Origin: Chrysomallon squamiferum
Taxonomy: Eukaryota; Animalia; Mollusca
Assembly: GCA_012295275.1 (NCBI GenBank)
Contig: CM022674.1
Coordinates: 310,001-374,000, forward strand
DNA: 64,000 nt
Direction: 5' to 3'
Part shown: one piece after another, positions 45,286 through 56,186 of the stretch
How positions within the stretch are numbered: the first letter of the stretch is position 1
Layout: the number at the start of each line of letters is the position of its first letter
Translations under genes and position numbers: made by a program
Notes under the pieces: model-generated
Told to the model about the DNA's origin: nothing
Database searches by the model: none
What the model saw: the letters and a program-made list of their open reading frames with translations, nothing else

Positions 45286-45869
45286 TGGGGTGAATGTAGG
45301 GGTAGAATGTTTGTGGGTGAATGTGGGGGTAGAATGTTTGTGGGTGAATGTAGGGGTAGAATGTTTGTGGGTGAATGTAGGGTAGAATGTTTGTGGGGGA
45401 ATGTAGGGTAGAATGTTTGTGGGTGCATGTGGGGGTAGAATGTTTGTGGGTGAATGTAGAGGTAGAATGTTTGTGGGTGAATGTAGAGGTACAATGTTTG
45501 TGGGTGAATGTAGAGGTACAATGTTTGTGGGTGAATGTGGGGGTAGAATGTTTGTGGGTGAATGTAGAGGTAGAATGTTTGTGGGTGAATGTAGAGGTAC
45601 AATGTTTGTGGGTGAATGTAGAGGTAGAATGTTTGTGGGTGAATGTAGAGGTACAATGTTTGTGGGTGAATGTGGGGGTAGAATGTTTGTGGGTGAATGT
45701 AGAGGTACAATGTTTGTGGGTGAATGTAGAGGTACAATGTTTGTGGGTGAATGTAGAGGTACAATGTTTGTGGGTGAATGTAGAGGTACAATGTTTGTGG
45801 GTGAATGTAGGGTAGAATGTTTGTGGGTGAATGTAGGGTAGAATGTTTGTAGGTGAATGTAGGGGTAGA
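45286..45869. repeat. 27-bp minisatellite (GAATGTTTGTGGGTGAATGTAGAGGTA), about 21 copies
   Basis: Directly visible; it produces the 9-aa repeats in the ORFs at 45387 and 45413 and in the minus-strand ORF 45096-45791. Confidence 0.97.
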
Positions 45870-46885
45870 TCTTTATATTTTATTTAACGAGACTTTATAT
45901 GGAAAGAGCTACAGCAAAAACAGAGACACATGTAGACAGATACACAGGCGTACAGACAGACACACAGAGAAATAGAGAAGTAAGAGAAGGAAAGAAGGAA
46001 TTCAAACTGAACCATGATAACCGTACTTGACAACACTTTGCTCTAACACTGAAGCCCCATTCCAAACACATCACTTTTAATTAAGACAAAACACGCATCT
46101 CTCGACAGAACAATGTTATCAACAACAAAAGTGCGAGCTTGTTAACGAATTGTCTTACTTTTTTTTTTTTAAACATTGTCTTTTTTGAAACTTTTTTTCT
46201 TCCCTTTCTCAAAACCACGTATTACTCTATTTCTTTCTTCCGATGTCTAACCTGCAAACCAGCTTCCACATCACTAATTATCCGCTCAGCTTGTTACGAG
46301 ATTATTTACGTCTAACAAAGCAAAACAAGGACGAATCAGCGTTTTTTTTTCTTCCTTGTTTCTTTTCCTTCTTCTCCTTCGTCTTGTTTTACAGTTGCGC
46401 TATCTTCCAGATGTCGTCTGTTCTAAGTACTTCACATTACCGCACTCAGACTGGGACTATTGTGGCTTAGTGGTTAATGGGTTAATACTGAGGGGATTTA
46501 AAGGGTTAACAAAACACGGAGGTTGTTATAAAATTAATTCAGTATGGCGAGTATTAAAATGATACCGAAAGGTGTCACAGATTCAAGTAACATGCTGTAT
46601 GATACGGGATAAAATGTTATTGAAATATGCCACGGATTAAAATATTACTGAAATAAAAAATATATTATTGAGATTAAAGCGCCTACTAAAATTTCCTTCA
46701 ATATGATTAAGGGGATTAAAATAATAATTATTGAAATATAGAAAGGTATATATATATTTTTGCTGTCTTTGAGAAGGTTGATATAAACAGTTCCCTGCTA
46801 CTTAATCGGTAAGAGTAACCCTTGTAGTGCTTAAGCATTTTATTTTTGTTTCGGTTTAACGATGTAATTAGTTCCTATATTCCGG

Positions 46886-47768
46886 TCGTTAACTGAAGTA
46901 TCCTTGAGTAAGGTATCGTTAAGTGAGGTATCGTTAAGTGAGGTATCGTTAAGTGAAGTATCGTTAAGTGAGGTATCGTTAAGAGAGGTATCGTTAAGTG
47001 AGGTATCGTTAAGAGAGGTATCGTTAAGTGAGGTATCGTTAACTGAAGTATCGTTGAGTAAGGTATCGTTAAGAGAGGTATCGTTAAGAGAGGTATCGTT
47101 AAGCGAGGTATCGTTAAGAGAGGTATCGTTAAGTGAGGTATCGTTAAGTGATGTATCGTTGAGTAAGGTATCGTTGTATCGTTAGAGAGGTATCGTTAAG
47201 CGAGGTATCGTTTATCGTTAAGTGAGGTATCGTTAAGAGAGGTATCGTTAAGTGAGGTATCGTTAACTGAAGTATCGTTGAGTAAGGTATCGTTAAGAGA
47301 GGTATCGTTAAGAGAGGTATCGTTAAGCGAGGTATCGTTAAGAGAGGTATCGTTAAGTGAGGTATCGTTAAGAGAGGTATCGTTAAGAGAGGTATCGGTA
47401 TCGTTTAAGGTATCGTTAAGAGAGGTATCGTTAAGAGAGGTATCGTTAAGCGAGGTATCGTTAAGAGAGGTATCGTTAAGTGAGGTATCGTTAAGAGAGG
47501 TATCGTTAAGTGAGGTATCGTTAACTGAAGTATCGTTGAGTAAGGTATCGTTAAGAGAGGTATCGTTAAGTGAGGTATCGTTAAGTGAGGTATCGTTAAG
47601 AGAGGTATCGTTAAGCGAGGTATCGTTAAGAGAGGTATCGTTAAGTGAGGTATCGTTAAGAGAGGTATCGTTAAGAGAGGTATCGTTAAGAGAGGTATCG
47701 TTAAGAGAGGTATCGTTAAATGAGGTATCGTTAAATGAGGTATCGTTAAGCGAGGTATCGTTAAGCGG
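46886..47768. repeat. 15-bp minisatellite (GGTATCGTTAAG[T/A/C]GA), roughly 59 units with higher-order variants
   Basis: Directly visible. The variant block AACTGAAGTATC(G/C)TTGAGTAAGG recurs at about 46891, 47041, 47265 and 47523. It produces the EVSLS/EVSLR ORFs. Confidence 0.97.
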
Positions 47769-48978
47769 GAGACTGATTTACATGTACTGATTTAGCACAT
47801 ACAACAGCTTGGGTCACAGTCATGTTTAATCGTTGCGTTTGATAACTAAATCATCATGTAAAAAGTTTTTCCATGTGAGGAATAAAACTGACAACTTTTT
47901 TCTTTTTCGTACCCTTGTCGAATGCAAGGTGCGAGTGCTTTTAATCTCATTCAGATTTCTTTCTTTATCCTTTAAAACCCGTCGATACAGTTGACTGACA
48001 CAAACTAAATTTTGCAGCTAAGTCTTTAACGGATTTACCGGCTTTGTGTTCATTTAAGATGGCTTGTTTTGTTTGTAAAGTTATTGTCTTCCGTTTATTT
48101 TTATAATGAGCGTTCGCCGGTGTACTGTGTATTCGTTTTGATATACTGGAAGAGTAAATTACAAAAGCGTTAAGTGTAAATGGAAGCAGAAGAGAAGAGA
48201 GAATCTGAACACCACGTGCACGTGTGACGTCTGCGTGTCAACTGATAAACACAGCTGAGGGAAACTTTAGCGCGTGACTGAACGAAAAACAAACGAAAAA
48301 CAAACGAAAAAACGGACTTAAACACATGCATTGCACCTATTTGTACCATTTATTTCGAGCAATTAACTATTACATTTCTATGTATATATATTTTTTTTAA
48401 GCGGGATATCGTTAAGCGAGAGATCGTTAACCGAGATATTACTGAATTTCTTTGTCGAATTTTATTATTTTATTTCTTCTTCTTTTTCTTCTTGTTCTTC
48501 TTCTTAAATCATTACCTTACCTTTCCTTCTTTCCTTCATCTTTTCTCTCTTTCTTTAATTCCTTATTTTTTTCCGTTTATCGTTGTATTTCTTTTTTTTT
48601 TTCTTTCTTCATTCTCCTTTCGCTTCCAGTACTTTGAATCACTCTAGCATAAAGTTTTGAAAACCAAAAACACTTAAGAAGAAAAACTTAAAAAAAGAAA
48701 GTAAAAAAGATCCTCACATGTGTGTTGTCAGGTGCTTGTGAGCTTAGTTTACAGTTATTTTCGTAAGTTTTTACATTTTGCCGGTATTCTGTGTTCATTA
48801 CCTAGTTCGCTAGCGGAAGAAGAATGTTATGTTAATGGCCGGAAACGATCCGAGGAATGCTGGGAAACAGAGTGAGCAGAAGATAGTCATCTTGTTACAG
48901 TATGGCGGAAAGATTCAGATGTTAATCTTTCTGCAGTTGATTCACGTTTGTTCTTTCATTTTTGTAATTTATTTACGT

Positions 48979-49083
<105 letters not shown>

Positions 49084-49408
49084 TAAGATTTTATAGCATA
49101 TCTGATTCGGTAAACGTCGCTACAAATCGGATCTTCAGAAAAGTATTCGAGTATTTCCGACTATTTCGAACCAAACTAAACATTAGAGACAGAAAGGAAA
49201 AAGAAACAAAATCTAACGAAGTAAAAAACAAACCCTGCTAAAACAACTTATGAAAGAAAGGTAAAAAAAAAAGAACAAAAAAAAGAACAAAAAGGAAGAA
49301 ATATATAAAATGTCTATATTCTAACGCAACAGTCTCAATAAAGATTCCAAATTTAACGAAAATCAATCTTTTTTGTATATAAATCCATCTTCAAGCACAT
49401 GTTTATGG

Positions 49409-49593
49409 CAATGTCAGTCACCATGGTTACCGCACCTGTTGGACCAATTAAAGAGAAAAATTCGGCATCCTGGAAATAGATAACACTGTCAAAATCGTAA
49501 CAATGTCAATCACCATAGTTACGACATCTGTTGGACCAATGAGAGAAAGGAGTTCGCGGAACTAAAAATAGAACTACATTGTCTAAATTGGCA
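49409..49593. repeat. Diverged 92-bp tandem duplication
   Basis: CAATGTCA(G/A)TCACCAT(G/A)GTTAC...CTGTTGGACCAAT begins at 49409 and at 49501. Confidence 0.9.
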
Positions 49594-49913
49594 ACTTGTA
49601 AAAGAGAATAATTTACGAGAAAATTATTGCTATTGAAAAGAGTTCCATTTTAATCTGCCGTTAAATAATAGTCAGCAGCCACAGAGGTCATTTACCTTTC
49701 TTCTAATTTAATTTTTTTTTCTCATCCACAAGTTAACAACCACAAAATAAAAGAAAAACAACAACAAAGAAACAAAAAGCATGTTTATTTCTGACAGTTT
49801 GTTTAGGAAAAATCTCCTTATGCTCATTAGTGAATCATATTCCGTTACAGTTTATAATGGTTCCAGATTTTCTGTTAAATATCTTGTAAATCTTTTCATA
49901 TATTCCTATTTTA

Positions 49914-50038
<125 letters not shown>

Positions 50039-50586
50039 TAATAAAACTGTTATTATTCTCCTTATAATTATTATTAACAGCAACAATAATAATAATGACA
50101 TCAAAAACAACAAGAATAACAAGTAAAAAGAATAAGAAACAACAAACAACAATAACAATAATGATAACAATAACAATAACAAAAGAGATAAGAAAAAACA
50201 ACAACAAACAACAAAAATAAGACACTATCTTTGCAGCAACAGCCAACATCATTACAGTAAGAGCTTTGTATAAACAATTTAAACACTTTCACTTAAAAAA
50301 AGAAGAAGAAGAAGAAGAAGAAGAAAAAAATGAAGAAAAAAAAAATTCGTTTAACAAATGGCCTACGTAAAACGGTGTAATTCAAGTATAGACTTCTTCA
50401 GGCTGCGTTAAGTTTCGGTTTCGTTTCAGAACAAAACGCGCGTGTTTAAAGTGACAGTAAATGAAAGGTTGTTGTGTTTAGTTTGATTAATTGTTAACAG
50501 CTTTATAAACACTGAAGAAGAAATAACAATAAAAACAAGAGGAAAATAAAAGTTAACAACGTTTATGTAAAGACGTTTCTAGATGT

Positions 50587-50626
<40 letters not shown>

Positions 50627-51274
50627 GAAAGATCGAATAAATAAATAAATAAATAAATAAAATAATAATAAATAAAAAATAAATAAAAAATAAAATAATA
50701 ATAATAATAATAACAAAATCAAAAAATAAAATAAAACATTAAAAGAAATTTTTTAGCCCACTGGATGACTGATAAAATTTTCAATTATGGCGAAAACTTT
50801 CTTGTAGCATTGAAATTCTACCCCATTCACATAGCTCAGTTTACCAACAAACGGGGCGGGATCAGGTAACTGGGACAAACAGGGGGGAGATTGTGGGGGG
50901 ATGACTTGTGGGGAGGATTTGTGGAGGGGTGGGGAGAACGAAAGGTGAGGAAAACAACACAAAAACTCACCGACCTCCCTTTTAAGTACTGCTATGAGTT
51001 AAATCTGATTTTCTGGTTTGCATAAATTTTCTTTTTACATATATCTTCTCGCAGTTTAAAGATTGTTATCTGTATTCTTGACGTTATGACAAAATTTCTA
51101 TTAATTATTTATGAAGCTGTGAACAAGTTTTAATTTAGTTCAGTGAACCTTCTCAAACAGTGTCGGGCTCAAGATAAATGGGAAGAGTTTGGTTTGAAGA
51201 AAAGTTTGCAATTAACGAGACTGCGGAGAATTTTCAATTAATGAGCGTCCGTTTAAAAAGTGGGATTTGTTAGT

Positions 51275-51359
<85 letters not shown>

Positions 51360-51867
51360 CAGAGAGAGAGAAAACACATTTCTAAATTACACTTTTAATG
51401 AAATGTATTAATTTTAAAACTTATAATCCGATTTAATCCTACGCATGCACAAGTGGTTCGTTTCCTCCCCCCTCTCAAATCTATTCCTGCATTTGGCAGC
51501 CCATATGGAAGCAATGAGCTGAGAAAAGATGTGTGCAGTGGTGAATTGTATCAACATGGCGGCTGTCAGAGGCGAAGCCGATATTCCTTGTTTTCAAACA
51601 TAAACACAAATATTTCCTCTACAGCACAAAACATAACTGCAAAATGTACACGCGTCCGTAAAAAGAAGCTCCAGTATTTTCTAGGAGATTAACGAGCTAT
51701 GAAGTTTACTAGTGTGAGTGCGCAGGAATTAGTAATTTCTTATATGTGATGCAAGCCGATGTTAAAGCAGTATTCACGTGTTTTTAATTTTAATAATTTT
51801 TAAAATATCATGAAAATTATATTATTATACTGTAATGATGAATTCAGCAAACCAAGGGCCTACGTAC

Positions 51868-51899
<32 letters not shown>

Positions 51900-51906
51900 A
51901 TATATA

Positions 51907-52019
<113 letters not shown>

Positions 52020-52074
52020 ATCTATCTATCTGTATACATATAAAGTAAAAAAAAGAAAATTCTAGACAGAAACC

Positions 52075-52171
<97 letters not shown>

Positions 52172-52380
52172 GATAAATTATGTCATATCTAGACGAACCC
52201 TTTAACCTATATTCATTTATTTTCTCAGTAGCTCTCCTCTGCTCATTCTACTCATTCTAACACTAATTAAAATACATTTTCTTACACAAATCATTTTCTC
52301 CGAACCTGTGCTTCTTCAGCAGTTTATCGTGTTATGCTATTTTATGCACAAACGTCCAGAATAACATTTTGGTACTCACA

Positions 52381-52393
52381 TGACCTTTGACCC
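52381..52393 (-). promoter_or_regulatory. DR1 nuclear-receptor element (GGGTCAAAGGTCA on the minus strand)
   Basis: TGACCTTTGACCC matches the HNF4/COUP-TF/RXR DR1 consensus; motif match only. Confidence 0.4.
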
Positions 52394-52968
52394 AGACTCA
52401 CGTAGTACACACGGATTATTTTAGAACTTACTTGTTTTGTTTCTCTTTTTCATGTTTAGCTCCAAATAAATGATCTATATATATATATATGTTTTTGTTT
52501 TCTTTTTCTTTTTTATTACGTATTTATTATCCTTTTATCTTTATTTATTTATTATTATTTTATTTATGTACGTATTCATTCTTTCAGAGTCCATCATGTT
52601 TATTTTGTAGCTTGCATTGTTGTTTTTTCTTCTCACTTTGTTTTGAAGTTAAATAAATAGCTGTAGTTTATTGTTGTATGTATATATATATGTGTGTATA
52701 TATATATGTGTGTGTGTATATACATGCATATTTTATAAGCTTCATATTTATATATATATCTGACTTTATCAAATCTCCATCAACATTTAAATGTTTATGA
52801 ATAAACAGGTATTGATTCTGACTCTAGGAGAAGTCATCATCTGCATCATTACATTATCATTAGAATCATGATCATTATCATCTTCATCATCATGTCGAAT
52901 ACCTTCACCAACATCATAATAATAAACATCAATCATCATCATCATCATCATCATTATTATTGTTATTA

Positions 52969-53036
<68 letters not shown>

Positions 53037-53207
53037 AACCTCAATATTATTCAAATTAAAAAATCATATTCACAGTAAGTATGGCACCCTTCATTTCTCA
53101 ACCCGTCAGTCCAGCTCTATAAAACTGTCCATCATTTAAAATATTATTTAGTCACTGAAAATTCAAAATTAGATAAAATTAACCAATCAGATGTGTTTAT
53201 TTTTCAG

Positions 53208-53330
53208 ACATCAACGAATGCGGTATTAGCAATGGCGGCTGTGAGAGGGAATGCTGCAATACGATTGGTTCGTTTTATTGCAAATGTCCGCAGGGTTTTG
53301 AACTCGCCGAAGACAAAAAGACGTGTGTAG
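53208..53330 (+). CDS. MEGF6: Internal coding exon of a MEGF6-like gene: calcium-binding EGF domain (DINECGISNGGCERECCNTIGSFYCKCPQGFELAEDKKTCV)
   Basis: Acceptor tttatttttcag|, donor |gtaagt, 123 nt, phase 1-1. It has the cbEGF consensus D-x-N-E-C and CxNxxGSFxC, and joins in frame with the 21761 exon (G+AC = Asp). Confidence 0.95.
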   Translation, partial: TSTNAVLAMAAVRGNAAIRLVRFIANVRRVLNSPKTKRRV

Positions 53331-53784
53331 GTAAGTAGAGACATAGACTCAAGTACGCTTGCCAGGGCCAATTTTAAAGTGTGTTTTTTTAAATTTTAAT
53401 TTTAATTTTAATTTTCTTTAATTTCACTGCTGATGCATCTATTGCGTGTAAGATTTTAATATCAGTGGATTATTTATTTGAAAATGAAATAAGATTTAAT
53501 CATGTTTCTTATGGGTCATTTCATCTCGGAATCTTTACAGGGCTGTTGCGCGAAATGGACCATCAGTCTATCAGTTATTTGAAAGTGCTAACATATAACG
53601 AGAGTTTGTTACGGATACATTTTGTGAATGAAGTAAAATATACGTATACTGTTCGGGACAATACTGACAGTAGCTCCGATACGAAGTTTTAGTGTGTGAA
53701 AGAGACAGACAGACAGACAGACAGACAAATAGACAGACAGACAGACGGACATAGTGTCTATGAATGTGTGTATAGGTGTGTGTG

Positions 53785-53849
<65 letters not shown>

Positions 53850-54081
53850 GAGAGAAGAGAAAAATATCAGTAACAAAAGGAAATATTATAACATGAAATA
53901 ACAAGTAGAATATTATTTTTTAAAAAGAAGAAAAAAAAGAACCCGGATGATGATAAATACCTGCTCACCCACTAACATCTTAATCTCTTCTTCACCACCA
54001 AAAAGTGGGTCAGTCGAACTAACAAACTAACTTTCTAACTGAGAAAGAAGCTTCCTACAATATTTGAACTTTGTTTTCTAG
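53331..54081 (+). other. Intron (751 nt) between the two cbEGF exons
   Basis: gtaagt...ttttctag boundaries; in-frame join (KTCV-DKDEC). Confidence 0.93.
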
Positions 54082-54204
54082 ACAAAGACGAATGCAAAAT
54101 TCATAATGGCGGCTGTCAGCACAAATGCGTCAATACGTACGGAGGATTTATGTGCGAATGTCCTGAAGGTCACAGACTGCACACGGACGGACGCACGTGC
54201 ATTC
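54082..54204 (+). CDS. MEGF6: Internal coding exon of a MEGF6-like gene: calcium-binding EGF domain (DKDECKIHNGGCQHKCVNTYGGFMCECPEGHRLHTDGRTCI)
   Basis: Acceptor tttgttttctag|, donor |gtaagt, 123 nt, phase 1-1. Closely resembles the recalled human MEGF6 domain [41 protein letters not shown]. Confidence 0.95.
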
Positions 54205-54742
54205 GTAAGTCTGCTTGTGCATGCGTGCCTGCCTCTTTCACCATCGCAGTTCGTTTAATTAATTATCTTCATCAGTTTACGCTTTACTTGGAAAGCTTTT
54301 ATATATGTGTCATATTTTTATGTAAGCTTTCTGTGCTAATACATATATACATACATATATATGATTATGTACCGTTATTTCCCTTGGCCCAGGATGTTTT
54401 ATTAAAATACTGTTATTCCATGCAGCTATGTCGTACTCTGAGCAGCAAGAAAACAAATAATAATTAAAAAAAAAAATGTAAAAAGCAGATTAGCAAAAAT
54501 CCATTTATTCTCATTGTTTATTACTTTTCAGCATGACGTAATAATTTTGTTTTGTTTTTCAGCCAATCAAATTGACGTTCTTTTATGACGTCATATAATT
54601 GTTGTGTTTATGTTAAGTTTTTTATTTTTATGTTTTTTTTTTTTTTTTTATTTGTTATGCAATTTAATGTTTGATTGCCGTTTCCAGGTTTTTATTGTTA
54701 CATTTATTTAAATATTTCTTTATTTCCATATTATTATTACTG

Positions 54743-54786
<44 letters not shown>

Positions 54787-54971
54787 GCAAATAATATCAC
54801 AAAAAAAAAAAAAAAAAAACATATGTAGGCAATAAAGAAAACGTTGTAATATAAAATAAATAAATAAGTAAATACAAAAATAAGTAAATAAAAGCAAATA
54901 TTAATGATTAAGTTTAACAGTTATTGTTTTCTTGTTGTACTGTTTATTTTTGCAGTTTTTTCCCGTTAATG

Positions 54972-55056
54972 TCATTTAAATTAGATATAGTTGTTAATTT
55001 GACGTGAATTTCATTTAAATTAGATATAGTTGTTAATTTGATGTGAATTTCATTTA
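54972..55056. repeat. 39-bp near-perfect tandem duplication
   Basis: TCATTTAAATTAGATATAGTTGTTAATTTGA(C/T)GTGAATT occurs twice, plus a partial third copy. Confidence 0.95.
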
Positions 55057-55850
55057 CATTTCTTGTCAGTTTTATGCTAGTTTTGCCTATGGCCACCTTT
55101 GTAAGTCGACTGCTTTTTCATTAGAAGATCATCATTCTAATGACATTTTCTTATCAAACATCGAATTAATTTCATATTTTAATACTGAAATCTTAAAACC
55201 ACAAAAACAATGATACGTTTTATTAATAATTATGTTCATTTTAAACAATAATAATAATAATAATAATAATAATAATCATAATAATAAAACAACGAACAAG
55301 AAGAAGAAGAAAAAGAAGAAGAAGGAAATAAATAAATTCACTTTGTCGGCTTTTAAGTCCAGTTAATTCTTAAACACAATATCTGTTTACAAAAGCCTAA
55401 ATCTTATCTTTTAAATCATTTGATTAGATTTTCAGTTTTCCGAACAATCTTTTCAAACAAGACGTCCCTGGCTATTAAGATAAGTGTTTGAAATTACGCA
55501 GATTTAAAAGGATTCGAGCGATAATCCCTTCTCCATCAAAACCCCGTCATTTAGCTTTATAGCGAAAGCGTATATGTTACCGCGCCGGTCCTAATATCGC
55601 TGTAATGGCTTCGTCTCAAATTCGGTTTTAAATTGCTTGCCTTTTCTTGTTCTTTGTTCGTTTAAACGATTTAGCCGAAGACACACAATTATTCGTGACA
55701 AAGAAGCCGTCTGACTGATCGGAGAAAATAGTTTTCGCGGTTTGTTGATCCCAAATTTAGTATTGTTAACGGAATTAAATGACAAACTACTTCAATTAAG
55801 GGGAATCGACTTTTCTTCCATTTTTTTTTCCTTTTCCTTTCTTCTCTTTA

Positions 55851-55893
<43 letters not shown>

Positions 55894-56140
55894 TCCCACT
55901 TTCTTTTTCTCTTCTGTATATTCATCTAAATTTATTTTATTATTTTTTTAACATCCTTATTATCATTATTGTTATCATGATCATGATCATCATATCATCA
56001 TCATTATTATTATTATTACCATTATCCTGTTGTCGTAATCGCTGCTATTATTATTATTACTATTATTATCACCATTATTATCATCATCATCATCGTCATT
56101 ATCATCATTATTCGTACTGTTATCATCATCATCATCATCA

Positions 56141-56186
<46 letters not shown>

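Noticed and set aside
44873-46457. ACTCAGACTGGGAC repeated at 44873 and 46444 as a target-site duplication
   Set aside because: A 14-mer match is within chance expectation for 64 kb, and the enclosed DNA shows no retroelement features.
45096-47790. Long repetitive ORFs (LYLYIHPQT, VECLWVNVE, EVSLS/EVSLR) as repeat proteins
   Set aside because: The unit lengths (27 and 15 bp) are multiples of three, so frames stay open automatically. Indels break them and there are no exon boundaries.
51700-51730. Partial resemblance to miR-252 (ACTAGTG...CGCAGGA)
   Set aside because: Seed and spacing do not match, and no precursor hairpin is evident.
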